Positions 47,958 to 58,472 of a stretch of 64,000 nt of DNA are shown here, in pieces. Positions within the stretch are counted from its first letter, which is position 1; every line of letters begins with the position of its first letter. The DNA is taken from contig JBHIAV010000001.1 of the NCBI GenBank assembly GCA_046758745.1, positions 1 through 64,000 of the forward strand, written 5' to 3'. A model generated the notes under the pieces. It had not been told where the DNA came from. It saw only the letters and a program-made list of their open reading frames with translations, and ran no database searches. The stretch is from Gemmatimonadota bacterium. GTDB lineage: Bacteria; Gemmatimonadota; Gemmatimonadetes; Palauibacterales; Palauibacteraceae. Both the position numbers and the translations under genes were made by a program.

Positions 47958-49181
47958 GTGGGCGGCCCCCGGATCTTGCTGGCGGGCGGCGGCACGGGGG
48001 GGCACCTGATGCCGGCGTTGAACCTCGCCGAGGCGCTCCGACGAGCGGAGCCGCGCGCGGAGGTTCTCCTCCTCGGGGCCGAGCGCGGGATCGAGCGCGC
48101 GGTGCTGCCGAGTCGCGGCCTCCCGTATCGGTTGCTCCCGATGCAACCGATCTACCGGAGCCGCCCATGGCGCAACTGGCGGCTGCTCGGGAGCGCCCCG
48201 GCCGTGGTCGCGGGTCTGGCCGCCGTGTTCCGGGAGCTGGACCCGGAGCTGGTGGTCGGCACGGGGGGCTACGCCTCCGGACCCGCCGTCGTATGGGGGC
48301 GGGTGGGGGGACGGCGCACGGCGCTGCAGGAGCAGAACGCCCGGCCCGGTCTGGTGACGCGGTGGCTGGCGCGCCACGTGGACCAGCTGCACCTGGGCTA
48401 TCCGGAGGCTCGGGCACGCCTCCGGCCGGGCCGGCATACCCGGCTCTTCGCATTCGGGAATCCCGTCGCCCCGCCGGCCGGCGGAGGGTCAGGCGCCGAG
48501 CGTTTTCCCTGGCCGGAGGGGCGGATCGTGGCGCTGATCGGGGGGAGCCAGGGGGCGCGCGCCCTCAACGAGCGACTCCTTGCGGACCTCGCGGCGACCC
48601 GGACGTGGCCGGAGGACGTGCGGCTCGTTTGGGTTACCGGCGCGGCGCACGAGCAGGAGGTGGCCGCCCGCGTGGGAGAGCACCCATGGGCGAATCGGAT
48701 ACGCGTGGTCCCGTTCATCCCGGAGCTCGGCTCGCAGCTCGGCCGGTTGACGCTCGCCGTGTCGCGTGCCGGCGCCATGTTCCTCTCCGAGCTGGCGGCC
48801 GCCGGGGTGCCGGCCGTGCTCGTGCCGCTCCCCAGCGCGGCGGCGGGCCACCAGAGCGAGAACGCGCGGGCGCTCGAAGCGGCGGGAGCGGCCGTGCGGC
48901 TCGAGCAGGAGGAGCTCCGGCCGGGTCGGCTGTGGGAGACGATCGTGGGGCTCCTCGCCGACCCGGCGCGACTGGCATGCATGGCCTCCGCGATGCGAGG
49001 GCGGGGTCGGCCGGATGCGGCGATGCGGATCGCGCGGGAGCTGCTGCGGCTGGCGGGCGAGAGCCGGGCGGGCCGCGGCGCCAAGCCGGCCGACGTCCCG
49101 GGGGTCCCGCCGCCCTCGCCCGGCCCGGAGCGGCCGCCGGGAGGGGAGGGGGAGGCGGATGAGAACGGCGGCCGTGGCTGA
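47958..49181 (+). CDS. murG: Lipid II GlcNAc transferase MurG
   Basis: GGGTGGH, GTGGY, EQNA.PG, GGSQGA, SRAGA, HQ.ENA. Confidence 0.96.
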   Translation: MGGPRILLAGGGTGGHLMPALNLAEALRRAEPRAEVLLLGAERGIERAVLPSRGLPYRLLPMQPIYRSRPWRNWRLLGSAPAVVAGLAAVFRELDPELVVGTGGYASGPAVVWGRVGGRRTALQEQNARPGLVTRWLARHVDQLHLGYPEARARLRPGRHTRLFAFGNPVAPPAGGGSGAERFPWPEGRIVALIGGSQGARALNERLLADLAATRTWPEDVRLVWVTGAAHEQEVAARVGEHPWANRIRVVPFIPELGSQLGRLTLAVSRAGAMFLSELAAAGVPAVLVPLPSAAAGHQSENARALEAAGAAVRLEQEELRPGRLWETIVGLLADPARLACMASAMRGRGRPDAAMRIARELLRLAGESRAGRGAKPADVPGVPPPSPGPERPPGGEGEADENGGRG

Positions 49182-50574
49182 ACGGGCGCTCCCGACCCGC
49201 GCCGATCTCCCCTCGTCGGGGAGCGCCGTCCACCTCATGGGGCTGGGCGGGGCGGGGATGCGTGGGCTCGCGGCGCTCATGGCATGGGAGGGCTACCGGG
49301 TGAGCGGGTGCGACCGGAACCGTACGACCGGAGGCGTCGACCTGGAAGGTGCCTCGGTCACCTTCCTTCCCGGCCACGATCCCGCCCATGTGCGGGATGT
49401 CGCCCTCCTGGTGTACAGCGCCGCGGTGCCGGAGGGACATACCGAGGTCGCGGCGGCCCGTGAGCTCGGGATTCCCACCCTCAAGCGCGCTCGGGCACTC
49501 GGGGCGATGGTCAACGGCTCACGCCTCGTCGGCGTGAGCGGCACGCACGGCAAGACCACCATCGCGGCGATGATCGCCATCGCCTGCCGCGCGGCCCGGC
49601 TCGATCCTCGCGCCGCGGTGGGCGGTCGCGTCGCGGCGTGGGGCGGCTACGCTCGGCGCGGTGCGGGCGATCTCGCCGTCGTCGAGGCGGATGAGTTCGA
49701 CCGCTCCTTCCTCGAGCTGGATCCCCACCTGGCGGTAGTAAGCTCCGTCGAGCCGGAGCACCTCGACAGTTACGGGAACCTCGCGGCGTTGTCGGACGCC
49801 TTCGTGACCTTCGCCACGCGCGCCGTCGGGCGATGCGGCGTGCTCGCCTGCGCTGATGATCCGGGCGCCCGTGAGACGGCGGCGCGGGTGAGCGGCGCGC
49901 TCACGTACGGCCTTGGCGCGGAAGCCGACTTCCGGGTCGAGGCGCTCGGCCCTGGAGAGGCCGCCCAGCGCTGCCGGCTCCACGCGCCGACCGGGACGCT
50001 CGATTTCGCTCTCGGCGTGCCCGGCGAGCACAACGTGTGCAACGCCGGGGCGGCGCTCGGGGCGGCCATCCTCCTGGGAGCGGATCCCGACCCGCTGCGC
50101 GAGGCCCTCGCCACGTTCCGGGGGGTGGAGCGTCGCCTCGAGCTCCTCGCCGAGCGGGCCGATGTGGCGATCGTGGACGATTACGCCCACCACCCCACCG
50201 AGGTACGCGCCTCCCTCGCGGCCCTCCGGCAGGGGTACCCGGACCGCCGTCTCATCGTCGTATTCCAGCCGCACCTGTACAGCCGCACGCTGGCCCTCGC
50301 CGCCGACTTCGCGGAGGCTCTCGGCGCGGCGGACGCCGCTCACGTGCTGCCGATCTATCCGGCGCGCGAGGAGCCGATATCCGGGGTGACGTCCGAGCTG
50401 ATCGTCGAGGCGGCGCCGGCGCACGTGCGTCCGGTCACCTGGGAGGAAGCGCTGGAGGTCGTGCGGAGAGCGACCGGCACCCCCACGGCGCTCGTGTTCA
50501 TGGGGGCGGGGGACGTCACCGAGCTCGCCCGGCAGGCGGCCCGGGAGCTGGGTGCGGATGCGCTGGGAGTCTGA
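49159..50574 (+). CDS. murC: UDP-MurNAc-L-Ala ligase
   Basis: GLGGAGM, GTHGKTT, EADEFD, DDYAHHPTE, FQPHLYSRT, MGAG. Confidence 0.96.
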   Translation: MRTAAVAERALPTRADLPSSGSAVHLMGLGGAGMRGLAALMAWEGYRVSGCDRNRTTGGVDLEGASVTFLPGHDPAHVRDVALLVYSAAVPEGHTEVAAARELGIPTLKRARALGAMVNGSRLVGVSGTHGKTTIAAMIAIACRAARLDPRAAVGGRVAAWGGYARRGAGDLAVVEADEFDRSFLELDPHLAVVSSVEPEHLDSYGNLAALSDAFVTFATRAVGRCGVLACADDPGARETAARVSGALTYGLGAEADFRVEALGPGEAAQRCRLHAPTGTLDFALGVPGEHNVCNAGAALGAAILLGADPDPLREALATFRGVERRLELLAERADVAIVDDYAHHPTEVRASLAALRQGYPDRRLIVVFQPHLYSRTLALAADFAEALGAADAAHVLPIYPAREEPISGVTSELIVEAAPAHVRPVTWEEALEVVRRATGTPTALVFMGAGDVTELARQAARELGADALGV

Positions 50575-51454
50575 CGTGCGACTAGCCGAGCACACCCGCT
50601 ACGGGATCGGAGGGCCGGCCGCGAGCTTCGGGCGCGTCGGCTCCATCGGTGAGCTGGCCGGGGCACTCGCCTCGTTGAGCGGGACCCCATACCGCGTCCT
50701 CGGTTGGGGCGCGAACGTGCTCGTGGCGGATGCCGGTTTGTTGGAAGCGGTCCTGGTGCTCGGGGGCGAGCTGGACTACCTGCGGCTCGCCGCGGACTCG
50801 CTGGAGGCCGGCGCTGCGGCCGGTCTCCCCGCCCTCATCGGGGCCGCGCGGCGCGCCGCCCGTTCCGGATTCGGCTTCCTCGAGGCGGTGCCGGGCACGG
50901 TCGGCGGAGGGCTGCGCATGAACGCCGGCTCGGCGGACGTCGGTCTGTGGGAGCGTGTCCTGTGGGCGGACGCGATGACCGCACAGGGAGAACGCGTCAG
51001 GCTCGGACCGCGGGATGCGAGGCCTTCCTACCGTCGGGTCGAGGTCCCGGAGGAGTGGATCTTCCTGGCGGCGTGCTTCGCGGCGCCGCCGGCCGATCCG
51101 GAGGACGTCCAGTTGGAGCACATGATCCGGAGGCGAGAAAAGGTCGAGGCGCAGGTGTACGAGCTGCCTTCGTGCGGCTCCACCTGGAAGAACCCGGGAG
51201 GGGCGTTCGGATCGGCGTGGCAGGTCGTAGAGCGGGTCGGCATGCGGGGAGCGCGTCGCGGTGCGGCTCAGATCGCCGAGAGGCACGCCAACTTCATCGT
51301 GAACCTCGGTGGGGCGCGGGCCGAGGACGTGCTGTGGCTCATGCGGGAGACCCGACGGCGGGCGCACGAGGAGTTCGGCGTGTGGCTCGAGCCGGAGATC
51401 CGGCTGTGGGGCTTCCCACCCGAGGAGCTGAGCGCCGTGGGGGCGGCATCATGA
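50558..51454 (+). CDS. murB: UDP-N-acetylenolpyruvoylglucosamine reductase
   Basis: TRYGIGGPA, G.GANVL, PGTVGG...MNAG, GSTWKNP, HANFIVN, LEPE. Confidence 0.95.
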   Translation: MRWESDVRLAEHTRYGIGGPAASFGRVGSIGELAGALASLSGTPYRVLGWGANVLVADAGLLEAVLVLGGELDYLRLAADSLEAGAAAGLPALIGAARRAARSGFGFLEAVPGTVGGGLRMNAGSADVGLWERVLWADAMTAQGERVRLGPRDARPSYRRVEVPEEWIFLAACFAAPPADPEDVQLEHMIRRREKVEAQVYELPSCGSTWKNPGGAFGSAWQVVERVGMRGARRGAAQIAERHANFIVNLGGARAEDVLWLMRETRRRAHEEFGVWLEPEIRLWGFPPEELSAVGAAS

Positions 51455-52191
51455 CGCGGCGGGGCCGGCGGCGCCTGACCGTCATCGGGATCTCCACGCT
51501 GGTGGGAGCGACCTCCACGGCCTGGGGCCCTCCCCTGCTGAGCACCATGCCCGCTTTCCGCGTACAACGCATCGAGGTGGTCGGCGCGCGGTACGTGACG
51601 CCGGAAGAGGTGCTCGGTCTGGCCGACGTGCCGCCCGAGGCGTCCGTGTGGGACGACCCCTCCTCCTGGGAGTCGCGGGTCCGTGAGCACCCTCTGGTGC
51701 GTGAGGCGGCCGTCCGCCGTTCCGGGCTGCGGGAGCTGGAGATCCGGGTGGAGGAGGCGGAGCCGGTGGCGCTGGTCGCCACCCCGGAGCTCGTGCCGCT
51801 CGACCGGGACGGGCGGCTCCTTCCTCTCCGTGCGGCCGAGCACGCCCTGGATCTCCCGATCCTCGCGGACGTGGCCGGGCTGAAGGACGGTCGACTCGCG
51901 AGCGGCGCGGCGCGTGAGCTTCTCGCCCTACTCGTCAGGCTGGGCGAGCACGACCCCACTCTGGTCGACCAGATCTCGGAGCTCCGCGTCGGCCCGGGTC
52001 CGGCCATTGAGCTCCGGCTCCTCGAACAGAGCGCAGCCGAGCGCGTCCTTCTCCCCTTCGACGGCGCGATAACCGCCCTGCGGAGGGTGGAGACGGCGCT
52101 TGCCGATGTCGCGGGCCGAGCGGCGGTAGCGACGGCGGACGCGCGGTTTTCCGCTCAGGTCGTCCTGCTGGTGAAGAAGGAGGGGGCGTGA
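51451..52191 (+). CDS. ftsQ: Cell division protein FtsQ/DivIB
   Basis: TM + POTRA (F.V..IEV.G...HPLV), C-terminal DARF; position. Confidence 0.85.
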   Translation: MTRRGRRRLTVIGISTLVGATSTAWGPPLLSTMPAFRVQRIEVVGARYVTPEEVLGLADVPPEASVWDDPSSWESRVREHPLVREAAVRRSGLRELEIRVEEAEPVALVATPELVPLDRDGRLLPLRAAEHALDLPILADVAGLKDGRLASGAARELLALLVRLGEHDPTLVDQISELRVGPGPAIELRLLEQSAAERVLLPFDGAITALRRVETALADVAGRAAVATADARFSAQVVLLVKKEGA

Positions 52192-53420
52192 TCGGCGGGC
52201 CGTCCGTCATCGCGGGCCTGGACGTGGGGACCACCAAGACCTGCGCGGTCATTGTGGAAGCGCCCCCGGCATGGAGCGGTGAGGAGGCTCCGACGCGAAT
52301 CCTCGGCGTCGGGCTGGCGCCCACGGAGGGCGTCCGCAACCGCACAGTCACCCGGATCGACGCGGCCACCGAGTCGATCCGGGACGCGGTCCGCGATGCC
52401 GAGCTGATGGCTGGACGGGAGGTGGAGGGGCTCTACGTCGCGGTGGCCGGCGACCACATCGGGATGGGGCGCTCGAACGGCGTCGTGGTCGTGGCCGACG
52501 AGGAGGTCTCGCAGACCGATCTCGACCGGGTGCACGAGGTGGCCCGCGCCGTGGCGCTCCCTGCGGATCGCGAGCTGCTGCACGCGATTCCCTTGGACTA
52601 CGCGGTGGATGGCCTGTGGGGGATCCAGGATCCGCTGGGAATGGCGGCCACCCGCCTCGAGGCGGAGGCCCACATCATCTCCGGCGGGGCGACGCCGTGT
52701 CAGAACCTCCGGAAGGCCGTGGACCGGGCCGGCTATCGGATCGAGGAGCTCGTGCTCGCTCCCCTCGCCAGCCACCTCGCCGTCGTCGCCGAGCCGGAGC
52801 TGGAGGCCGGGGTGGCGCTCGTCGAGTTGGGGGGGTCGGCGACGGACCTGGTCGTCTTCCGGCAGGACCGCCTCCGCCTCCTCGCCTCGATCCCCTGGGG
52901 GGCCATCACGGTCGCCAACGACATCGTGAAGGGCCTCGGTGTCCCGATGGGAGAGGCCGAGCGGCTCAAGGACCGGTATGGGGCCGCCCGGGCCGGACAG
53001 GTCGATCCGGCCGAGAAGATCTCCGTTCCCGGCCCGCTGCCCGGGAGCACGCGCCAGGTCTCCCGCGAGCTGCTGGCTCATATCATCGAGCAGCGCCTGG
53101 ATGAGATCTTCGGTCTCGTCTATCAGGAGCTGGAGGAGGTCGGCCTCCTCGGCGGGCTCCCGGGCGGGCTGGTCCTGTCCGGCGGCGGGGCCTCGCTCCC
53201 GGGCACGGTGGAGCTCGCCCAGGAGGTGTTCAACACCCCGGTACGGCTCGGCGTACCCGGCGAAGGGCTGAACGGACTCGCCGATGCCGTGAGGCGCCCC
53301 AAGTTCGCCACGGCGGTGGGGCTCGCCCTGTACGGCAGACTTCGCGGTCAGGGACGAGGAGGAGGGCTGGCGGGGCGAGCGTTCGCCCGTGTGACGGACT
53401 GGCTCAAGGACTTCTTCTGA
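52188..53420 (+). CDS. ftsA: Cell division protein FtsA
   Basis: GLDVGTTK, AERLK, LSGGG, FATAVGL, C-terminal amphipathic WLKDFF. Confidence 0.96.
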   Translation: MIGGPSVIAGLDVGTTKTCAVIVEAPPAWSGEEAPTRILGVGLAPTEGVRNRTVTRIDAATESIRDAVRDAELMAGREVEGLYVAVAGDHIGMGRSNGVVVVADEEVSQTDLDRVHEVARAVALPADRELLHAIPLDYAVDGLWGIQDPLGMAATRLEAEAHIISGGATPCQNLRKAVDRAGYRIEELVLAPLASHLAVVAEPELEAGVALVELGGSATDLVVFRQDRLRLLASIPWGAITVANDIVKGLGVPMGEAERLKDRYGAARAGQVDPAEKISVPGPLPGSTRQVSRELLAHIIEQRLDEIFGLVYQELEEVGLLGGLPGGLVLSGGGASLPGTVELAQEVFNTPVRLGVPGEGLNGLADAVRRPKFATAVGLALYGRLRGQGRGGGLAGRAFARVTDWLKDFF

Positions 53421-53560
53421 GGGTGGGCGCCACCGGGGCGCATGGACGAGAGGGGGCGCCGGCGGGACAAACGGAGCGTCGGGCAACGGATGGTTCGCCG
53501 GAAGGAGCAGATCGGGTGCAGAGAACCACGGTACACCACCAGGAGCGTCAGGAGGAGCAG

Positions 53561-54712
53561 ATGATCTTCGAGTTCGACGATGCCATCGCCCGCAACGCCC
53601 GCATGAAGGTGGTCGGGATCGGCGGTGCGGGAGGAAACGCGGTCAACCGCATGGTCGATGAAAGCCTGGAGGGGGTCGAGTTCGTCGCGATCAACACCGA
53701 CTCTCAGGCTCTCAAGCACTGCCGCGCTCACCTGAAGCTCCAGATCGGGAAGAAGCTCACACGAGGGCTGGGAGCGGGCGCGAGGCCCGAGGTGGGACGC
53801 CAGGCGATCGCCGAGAACGAAGAGGATGTTCGTCAGGCGTTGGACGGGGCCGACCTGGTCTTCCTCACGGCAGGCATGGGGGGCGGCACGGGAACGGGAG
53901 CCGCGCCCCGCGTGGGGCGGCTCGCACGGGAGGTGGGCGCCCTGTGTATCGCGATCGTCACGCGTCCGTTCCACTTCGAGGGGAAGAAGCGGATGCGCCA
54001 TGCCGATCTTGGCCTCAGGGAACTCCGCCGCACGGTCGATACGATGATCGTGGTGCCGAACGAAAGGCTGCTCTCGGTCGTGGGGAAGGGCACCACCTTC
54101 CGGGATGCCCTCAAGACAGCCGACGAAGTGCTCCTGCATGCCACGCAGGGGATCTCGGATCTGATCAGCGTCACCGGCGAGGTGAACGTGGACTTCGCCG
54201 ACGTGCGTACGGTGATGTCCAACCGAGGAGCCGCCCTCATGGGGACCGGTGAGGCGTCCGGCGATACGCGCGCCGTAGACGCGGCGCAGCAGGCGATTTG
54301 CTCTCCGCTCCTGGACAACCTATCGATAAACGGTGCCACGGGAGTGCTGGTGAACATCTCGGGTGGCCCGGACCTTGCCATAGACGAGGTCACGACGATC
54401 AACTCGATCGTGCAGGAGGCGGCGGGGGACGAGGCCGAGATGATCTTCGGTGCGGTGACCGACTCCGCCCTCGAAGGACGCGTGCGGGTCACCGTGATCG
54501 CGACGGGATTCGGAGCGATCGCGGAGGACGAGCTGGAGCCGCTCTCAGCGGTGGTGGACCACTTGGCCCCGGCGTTCACCGGCCCGCAGCTGGTGGTCTT
54601 GAAGGGCCAACAGACCAAGTCGGACGGCGTGGTGGTGCGAAACCGGATCACCCAGCGGACGGTGGTGGAAGATCTGGAGATCCCGACGTTCATCCGGAGG
54701 CAGATGGACTGA
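53561..54712 (+). CDS. ftsZ: Cell division protein FtsZ
   Basis: GGAGGNAV, GMGGGTGTG, NVDFAD, C-terminal LEIPTFIR. Confidence 0.98.
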   Translation: MIFEFDDAIARNARMKVVGIGGAGGNAVNRMVDESLEGVEFVAINTDSQALKHCRAHLKLQIGKKLTRGLGAGARPEVGRQAIAENEEDVRQALDGADLVFLTAGMGGGTGTGAAPRVGRLAREVGALCIAIVTRPFHFEGKKRMRHADLGLRELRRTVDTMIVVPNERLLSVVGKGTTFRDALKTADEVLLHATQGISDLISVTGEVNVDFADVRTVMSNRGAALMGTGEASGDTRAVDAAQQAICSPLLDNLSINGATGVLVNISGGPDLAIDEVTTINSIVQEAAGDEAEMIFGAVTDSALEGRVRVTVIATGFGAIAEDELEPLSAVVDHLAPAFTGPQLVVLKGQQTKSDGVVVRNRITQRTVVEDLEIPTFIRRQMD

Positions 54713-54943
54713 ATCCGGCACCGTGTCGGGGAGCTCGGGTCGCGCCGGCCGGGCTGGCTCAAGCTGGTGGGCCGCGCCGCGAGTCCCGTCTCCCGCCATC
54801 GCCGGTGCCCGCGCGGGGCCGGAGCCGACAACCCGACGACGTGGACGGCCGTGACGCTGACCGACCTGAGACCGAGACCGGATAGACTGCGCGCCAGCCG
54901 CCGCCGCCCGTCAGCGCGGTTCTTCGTCGGCCGCCGCCCGGTC

Positions 54944-56197
54944 ATGGCGTGGGCCGTTGCGGTCGCCGTGGCGCTCGCTCTCCTTTCGGGGCTGCGCTCC
55001 CGCCCCGTCACCCCCGAGGACGTCAAGACCGTCTTCGTCCCCACACCACCGCCCCCGGTCGTCATGTCCGACACCCTGCGGCCCGGCGAGACGCTCGCCG
55101 AGATGCTCGAGGACCACGGCCTCTCGGGTGCGGCGGCACACCGGCTGATCGAGACAATCCGGCCGTTCAAGAAACCCCGCACGCTGCGTCCGGGCGTGGT
55201 CGTCTACTTCAGCGGAGCGGCGGACGAGGCGCCGAGTCGCCTCTACATGGAGCTCAGCCGGGACGAACGACTGGGGCTCGAGGCTGGCGAGACGGGTTGG
55301 GACGCCCGGTACGACTCTGTGCCCGTGAGGGTCGACACCCTGATGCTGGCCGGGCTGATCCGGACCAACTTGTGGGAGTCGGAGCTCTCGGGGGACGTAG
55401 GCAAGCTGGGGGATGAGGAGTTCGCGCAGCTCGTGTGGGGACTCTCCTCCCAGATCTACGCGTGGAAGATCGACTTTTCTCGGGACATTCAGAAGGGCGA
55501 CGGCTTCAGGCTCGCGGTCGAGCGGCGAGTGCGGCCGGATGGTACCGTGCGATCCTTCCGCTTCCTGGCCACCGAGATGCGGAATCGCGGCCGACGCCTT
55601 CCCGCCATTCCTTTTCTCCGTCCGGATGGGCGGCTCGAATACTACGATACGGAAGGCGAATCGCTCCGGGGCGTGTTCCTGCGCGCTCCGCTGGAGTTCC
55701 GCATCACGAGCGGCTTCGCACGCCGGCGGTACCACCCGATCCTCAAGCGCCACCGTCCGCACCTCGGCACGGACTACGGGGCGCCGTACGGCGCCCCGGT
55801 CCAGGCGACGGCTGCCGGTACGGTCACGCGCTCCGGCGTGTGGGGCGGCTACGGCCGCATGATCGAGATCCGGCACACCGGCGGGATCCGGACCCGATAC
55901 GCGCACCTGAGCCGCGTCCGCGTGCGCGCAGGCCAGCGGGTCCGGCAGGGCCAGGTGATCGGGCGCGTGGGAGCCACCGGCCTGGCCACGGCGGCCCACC
56001 TGCACTACGAGTTCCTGCAGAATGGACGGCACCGGAACCCGGCATCCATCGACCTCCCGTCGGCCCCGGCGCTGGAGGAGCGCTATCGCCCCATGTTCGC
56101 CGAGGTGACGGCGGCCGCCCTGGACCTTCTCACGCGCCTGCCACTCCCCGAGCTACCGCAAGGGCCGCCGCCCGCCGACCGGCGCTTCGCCGACTGA
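54944..56197 (+). CDS. M23 family peptidoglycan endopeptidase (MepM-like)
   Basis: HLGTDYGA (HxxxD), YAHLS, HLHYE; start uncertain (GTG 54851 or ATG 54944). Confidence 0.9.
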   Translation: MAWAVAVAVALALLSGLRSRPVTPEDVKTVFVPTPPPPVVMSDTLRPGETLAEMLEDHGLSGAAAHRLIETIRPFKKPRTLRPGVVVYFSGAADEAPSRLYMELSRDERLGLEAGETGWDARYDSVPVRVDTLMLAGLIRTNLWESELSGDVGKLGDEEFAQLVWGLSSQIYAWKIDFSRDIQKGDGFRLAVERRVRPDGTVRSFRFLATEMRNRGRRLPAIPFLRPDGRLEYYDTEGESLRGVFLRAPLEFRITSGFARRRYHPILKRHRPHLGTDYGAPYGAPVQATAAGTVTRSGVWGGYGRMIEIRHTGGIRTRYAHLSRVRVRAGQRVRQGQVIGRVGATGLATAAHLHYEFLQNGRHRNPASIDLPSAPALEERYRPMFAEVTAAALDLLTRLPLPELPQGPPPADRRFAD

Positions 56198-56317
56198 GAC
56201 TCGCCGTGCCGGCGGCGGTGCGGCACTCCGCCATCGTCGCCGGGTTCTTCGATACATGACGGCTGACCATCGTCCCTTGCGGATCGCCCCGGCCGGCCCA
56301 GTTCCACGCACGCGTCG

Positions 56318-58264
56318 ATGAGCGACGCCGTGTGGCTGACCGCGGCGGCCCTGGGCGGTGCGGCCGTGGGTGTGTGGTGGTACGCGGCTCGCGAGGAACG
56401 GGTGCGCGGCCGAGCGCTCGCGGCCGTTCTGCGCGCGCTCGCGGTGGCCCTCCTCATCGGCGGGCTCCGGCTGCCCCCGCTGGCCGTCCGGGGGGAGGCG
56501 GATCGCGGGCCCGTCGTGTTGCTGGACGTGTCCCGCAGCATGGCGCTCCCCGCGGTGCCGGGAGGCCCGTCGCGCCTCGACTCCGCGCGGAGCCGGCTCT
56601 CCGCCCTGCGTCCCCGGAGCGTGATCCTGTTCGGAGACGAGCCGGTGGCGGTTACGCCGGATTCGGCGTTCCTCGCCCGCCCGTCGGGTCGTGCCTCGCG
56701 TCTCGTGCCGGCGCTCTCCGTGGCGAGCGGGCAAGGAGCCGCCGACGTCATCGTCCTCACCGATGGAGAGTGGGACGATTACTGGGAGGCACGGGCGGAG
56801 GCTGAGCGCCTCGGGCTCCACGTGGTGGAGATCCGCGTCGCCGCTCCGGTCGCCAGAGTCGGCGTGGCGACAGTCACGGCTCCCTCCCGTGCGCGTGCCG
56901 GGGACACGGCGGAAGTCTTCGCCGAGCTCGTCGCTGCGGGCGAGCCCTCCGCGCTCCCCGACACCGTCGAGCTCGGCCTATCCACCGCCGGACGGGAGGT
57001 GACCCGGGCGCGGACGCCGGTCCCGGCGCCCGGTCGAACGGCGCGAGTCGCCCTCCGCTTCCTGCCGGCCCAGCCTGCAGCGACCGACGAGTGGCGGGCG
57101 TACGAGGTCTCGTTGATGCCAGAGGCGGATCCGTACGGGGCCGCCGATCGCCGCCGCGTGTGGATGGAGGTGTCGCGCGGCACCCGGGGTGCGATCGTCA
57201 TCTCGCTCGACCCGGACTGGGAAAGCCGCTTTCTCCTCCCCGTGCTGGAGGGTGCGGCCGTAGGCGGTGCGAGGGCGTACCTGCAAATGTCGCCGGATCG
57301 GTTCGTTCTCGCCGGCCCGGAGCCGCAAGCGGTTCTTTCCGCCACGCGCGTGCAGCGGGAGGCGCGTCTGGCGGATCTCCTCGTCGTCCAGGGCGCGCCG
57401 GCTTCGCTCCCCGACTGGTTGGCGACTCTCCTCGCCACCCACGACCGGGTCCTCCACCTACCGCGCGGCGGAGGCGCGGTGCCCGGAACGCCGATTCACG
57501 TCGTGGAGGCGATGGGCGGCGACTGGTACCCCTCCGGCGAGCTTCCTGCGAGCCCGATCTCCGCCTTTTTCGCCGGCATCGCCGCCGAGGAGCTGCCGCC
57601 GGTGGGTGGGCTGTTCTCCGTGACCGGGCCGTCGGAGTGGACGCCTCTCCTCGCGCGGCGGGACCGCCTGGGCCCCGCGCGCCCGGTTCTGGTGGCCGGC
57701 GGGGCGGAGGGCCGGCGGTGGGCCGTCGCCGCCGCCTCCGGCCTGTGGCGGTGGGCGTTTCGTGACGGAATGTCCCGACAGGCCTACCGGGCCCTCTTCG
57801 GGGGCGTGGCGGGATGGCTGCTGGAGTTCCGGGCCGGCCGGCCCGTAGAGCTGGAGCGGGACCCGCCGCCGGCGGGCGAACCGCTCGGTTGGAGAGTCCG
57901 GCCACGGGTGCGCGACCTGGCCCTGGCAGTGTACGATTCGGCGGATGGACCGGTGTGGGCGGACACCATCTCCGCTCCGGAGGGACGGGTGGCCGGGCCG
58001 GCGCTACCCGACGGACCGGCCCGCTTCGTGGCGACCGGGAGGGGGCCGCAGGGGGAGTTCCGGGTCGAACGTCCGTTCGACGTCGGCGACGCCGGAGGAG
58101 AGCTCCGCCCGCGGGAGACCTTCGAGCCGCTTCGCGTGGGGAGCGGCGGTGCGGCTGATCGTGGAGAGCGCTCGGCCCGGCCGCGGCCGGTATGGCCTTT
58201 CGCCCTGGCGACCCTCCTCCTGTGCGGCGAGTGGGCCTGGCGGCGGCGAATCGGGCTCCGATGA
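56318..58264 (+). CDS. Membrane-anchored VWA-like domain protein
   Basis: N-terminal TMs, LLDVSRSM (DxSxS MIDAS), VLTDG, C-terminal TM with EWAWRRRIGL. Confidence 0.75.
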   Translation: MSDAVWLTAAALGGAAVGVWWYAAREERVRGRALAAVLRALAVALLIGGLRLPPLAVRGEADRGPVVLLDVSRSMALPAVPGGPSRLDSARSRLSALRPRSVILFGDEPVAVTPDSAFLARPSGRASRLVPALSVASGQGAADVIVLTDGEWDDYWEARAEAERLGLHVVEIRVAAPVARVGVATVTAPSRARAGDTAEVFAELVAAGEPSALPDTVELGLSTAGREVTRARTPVPAPGRTARVALRFLPAQPAATDEWRAYEVSLMPEADPYGAADRRRVWMEVSRGTRGAIVISLDPDWESRFLLPVLEGAAVGGARAYLQMSPDRFVLAGPEPQAVLSATRVQREARLADLLVVQGAPASLPDWLATLLATHDRVLHLPRGGGAVPGTPIHVVEAMGGDWYPSGELPASPISAFFAGIAAEELPPVGGLFSVTGPSEWTPLLARRDRLGPARPVLVAGGAEGRRWAVAAASGLWRWAFRDGMSRQAYRALFGGVAGWLLEFRAGRPVELERDPPPAGEPLGWRVRPRVRDLALAVYDSADGPVWADTISAPEGRVAGPALPDGPARFVATGRGPQGEFRVERPFDVGDAGGELRPRETFEPLRVGSGGAADRGERSARPRPVWPFALATLLLCGEWAWRRRIGLR

Positions 58265-58313
58265 GCGGTCGGGCCGTGGCCGGTTGTGACCACGGCCTGG
58301 CCCCGGCGATTTT

Positions 58314-58371
58314 GGCTCCCGCGTATCATGCTGGCCCGGCTCCCGCGTACCATGCTGGCCCCGCTCCCGCG
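58314..58371. repeat. 24-bp tandem duplication upstream of ftsY
   Basis: GGCTCCCGCGTA(T/C)CATGCTGGCCC twice plus a partial third copy. Confidence 0.85.
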
Positions 58372-58472
58372 CGGCGGTGGTGACGGCGTGGCTCCCGCGA
58401 TGACGGCGGCTCGCCGGTGGGCGCGGCGCGGCCACCGGCGGGGACCGGCCGAGGCACTTCAGAGAGCGTGAG

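Noticed and set aside
53490..53515. CCGGAAGGAGCAG resembling the SRP RNA domain IV loop
   Set aside because: Lacks the upstream CAGG strand and the flanking long helix; probably chance
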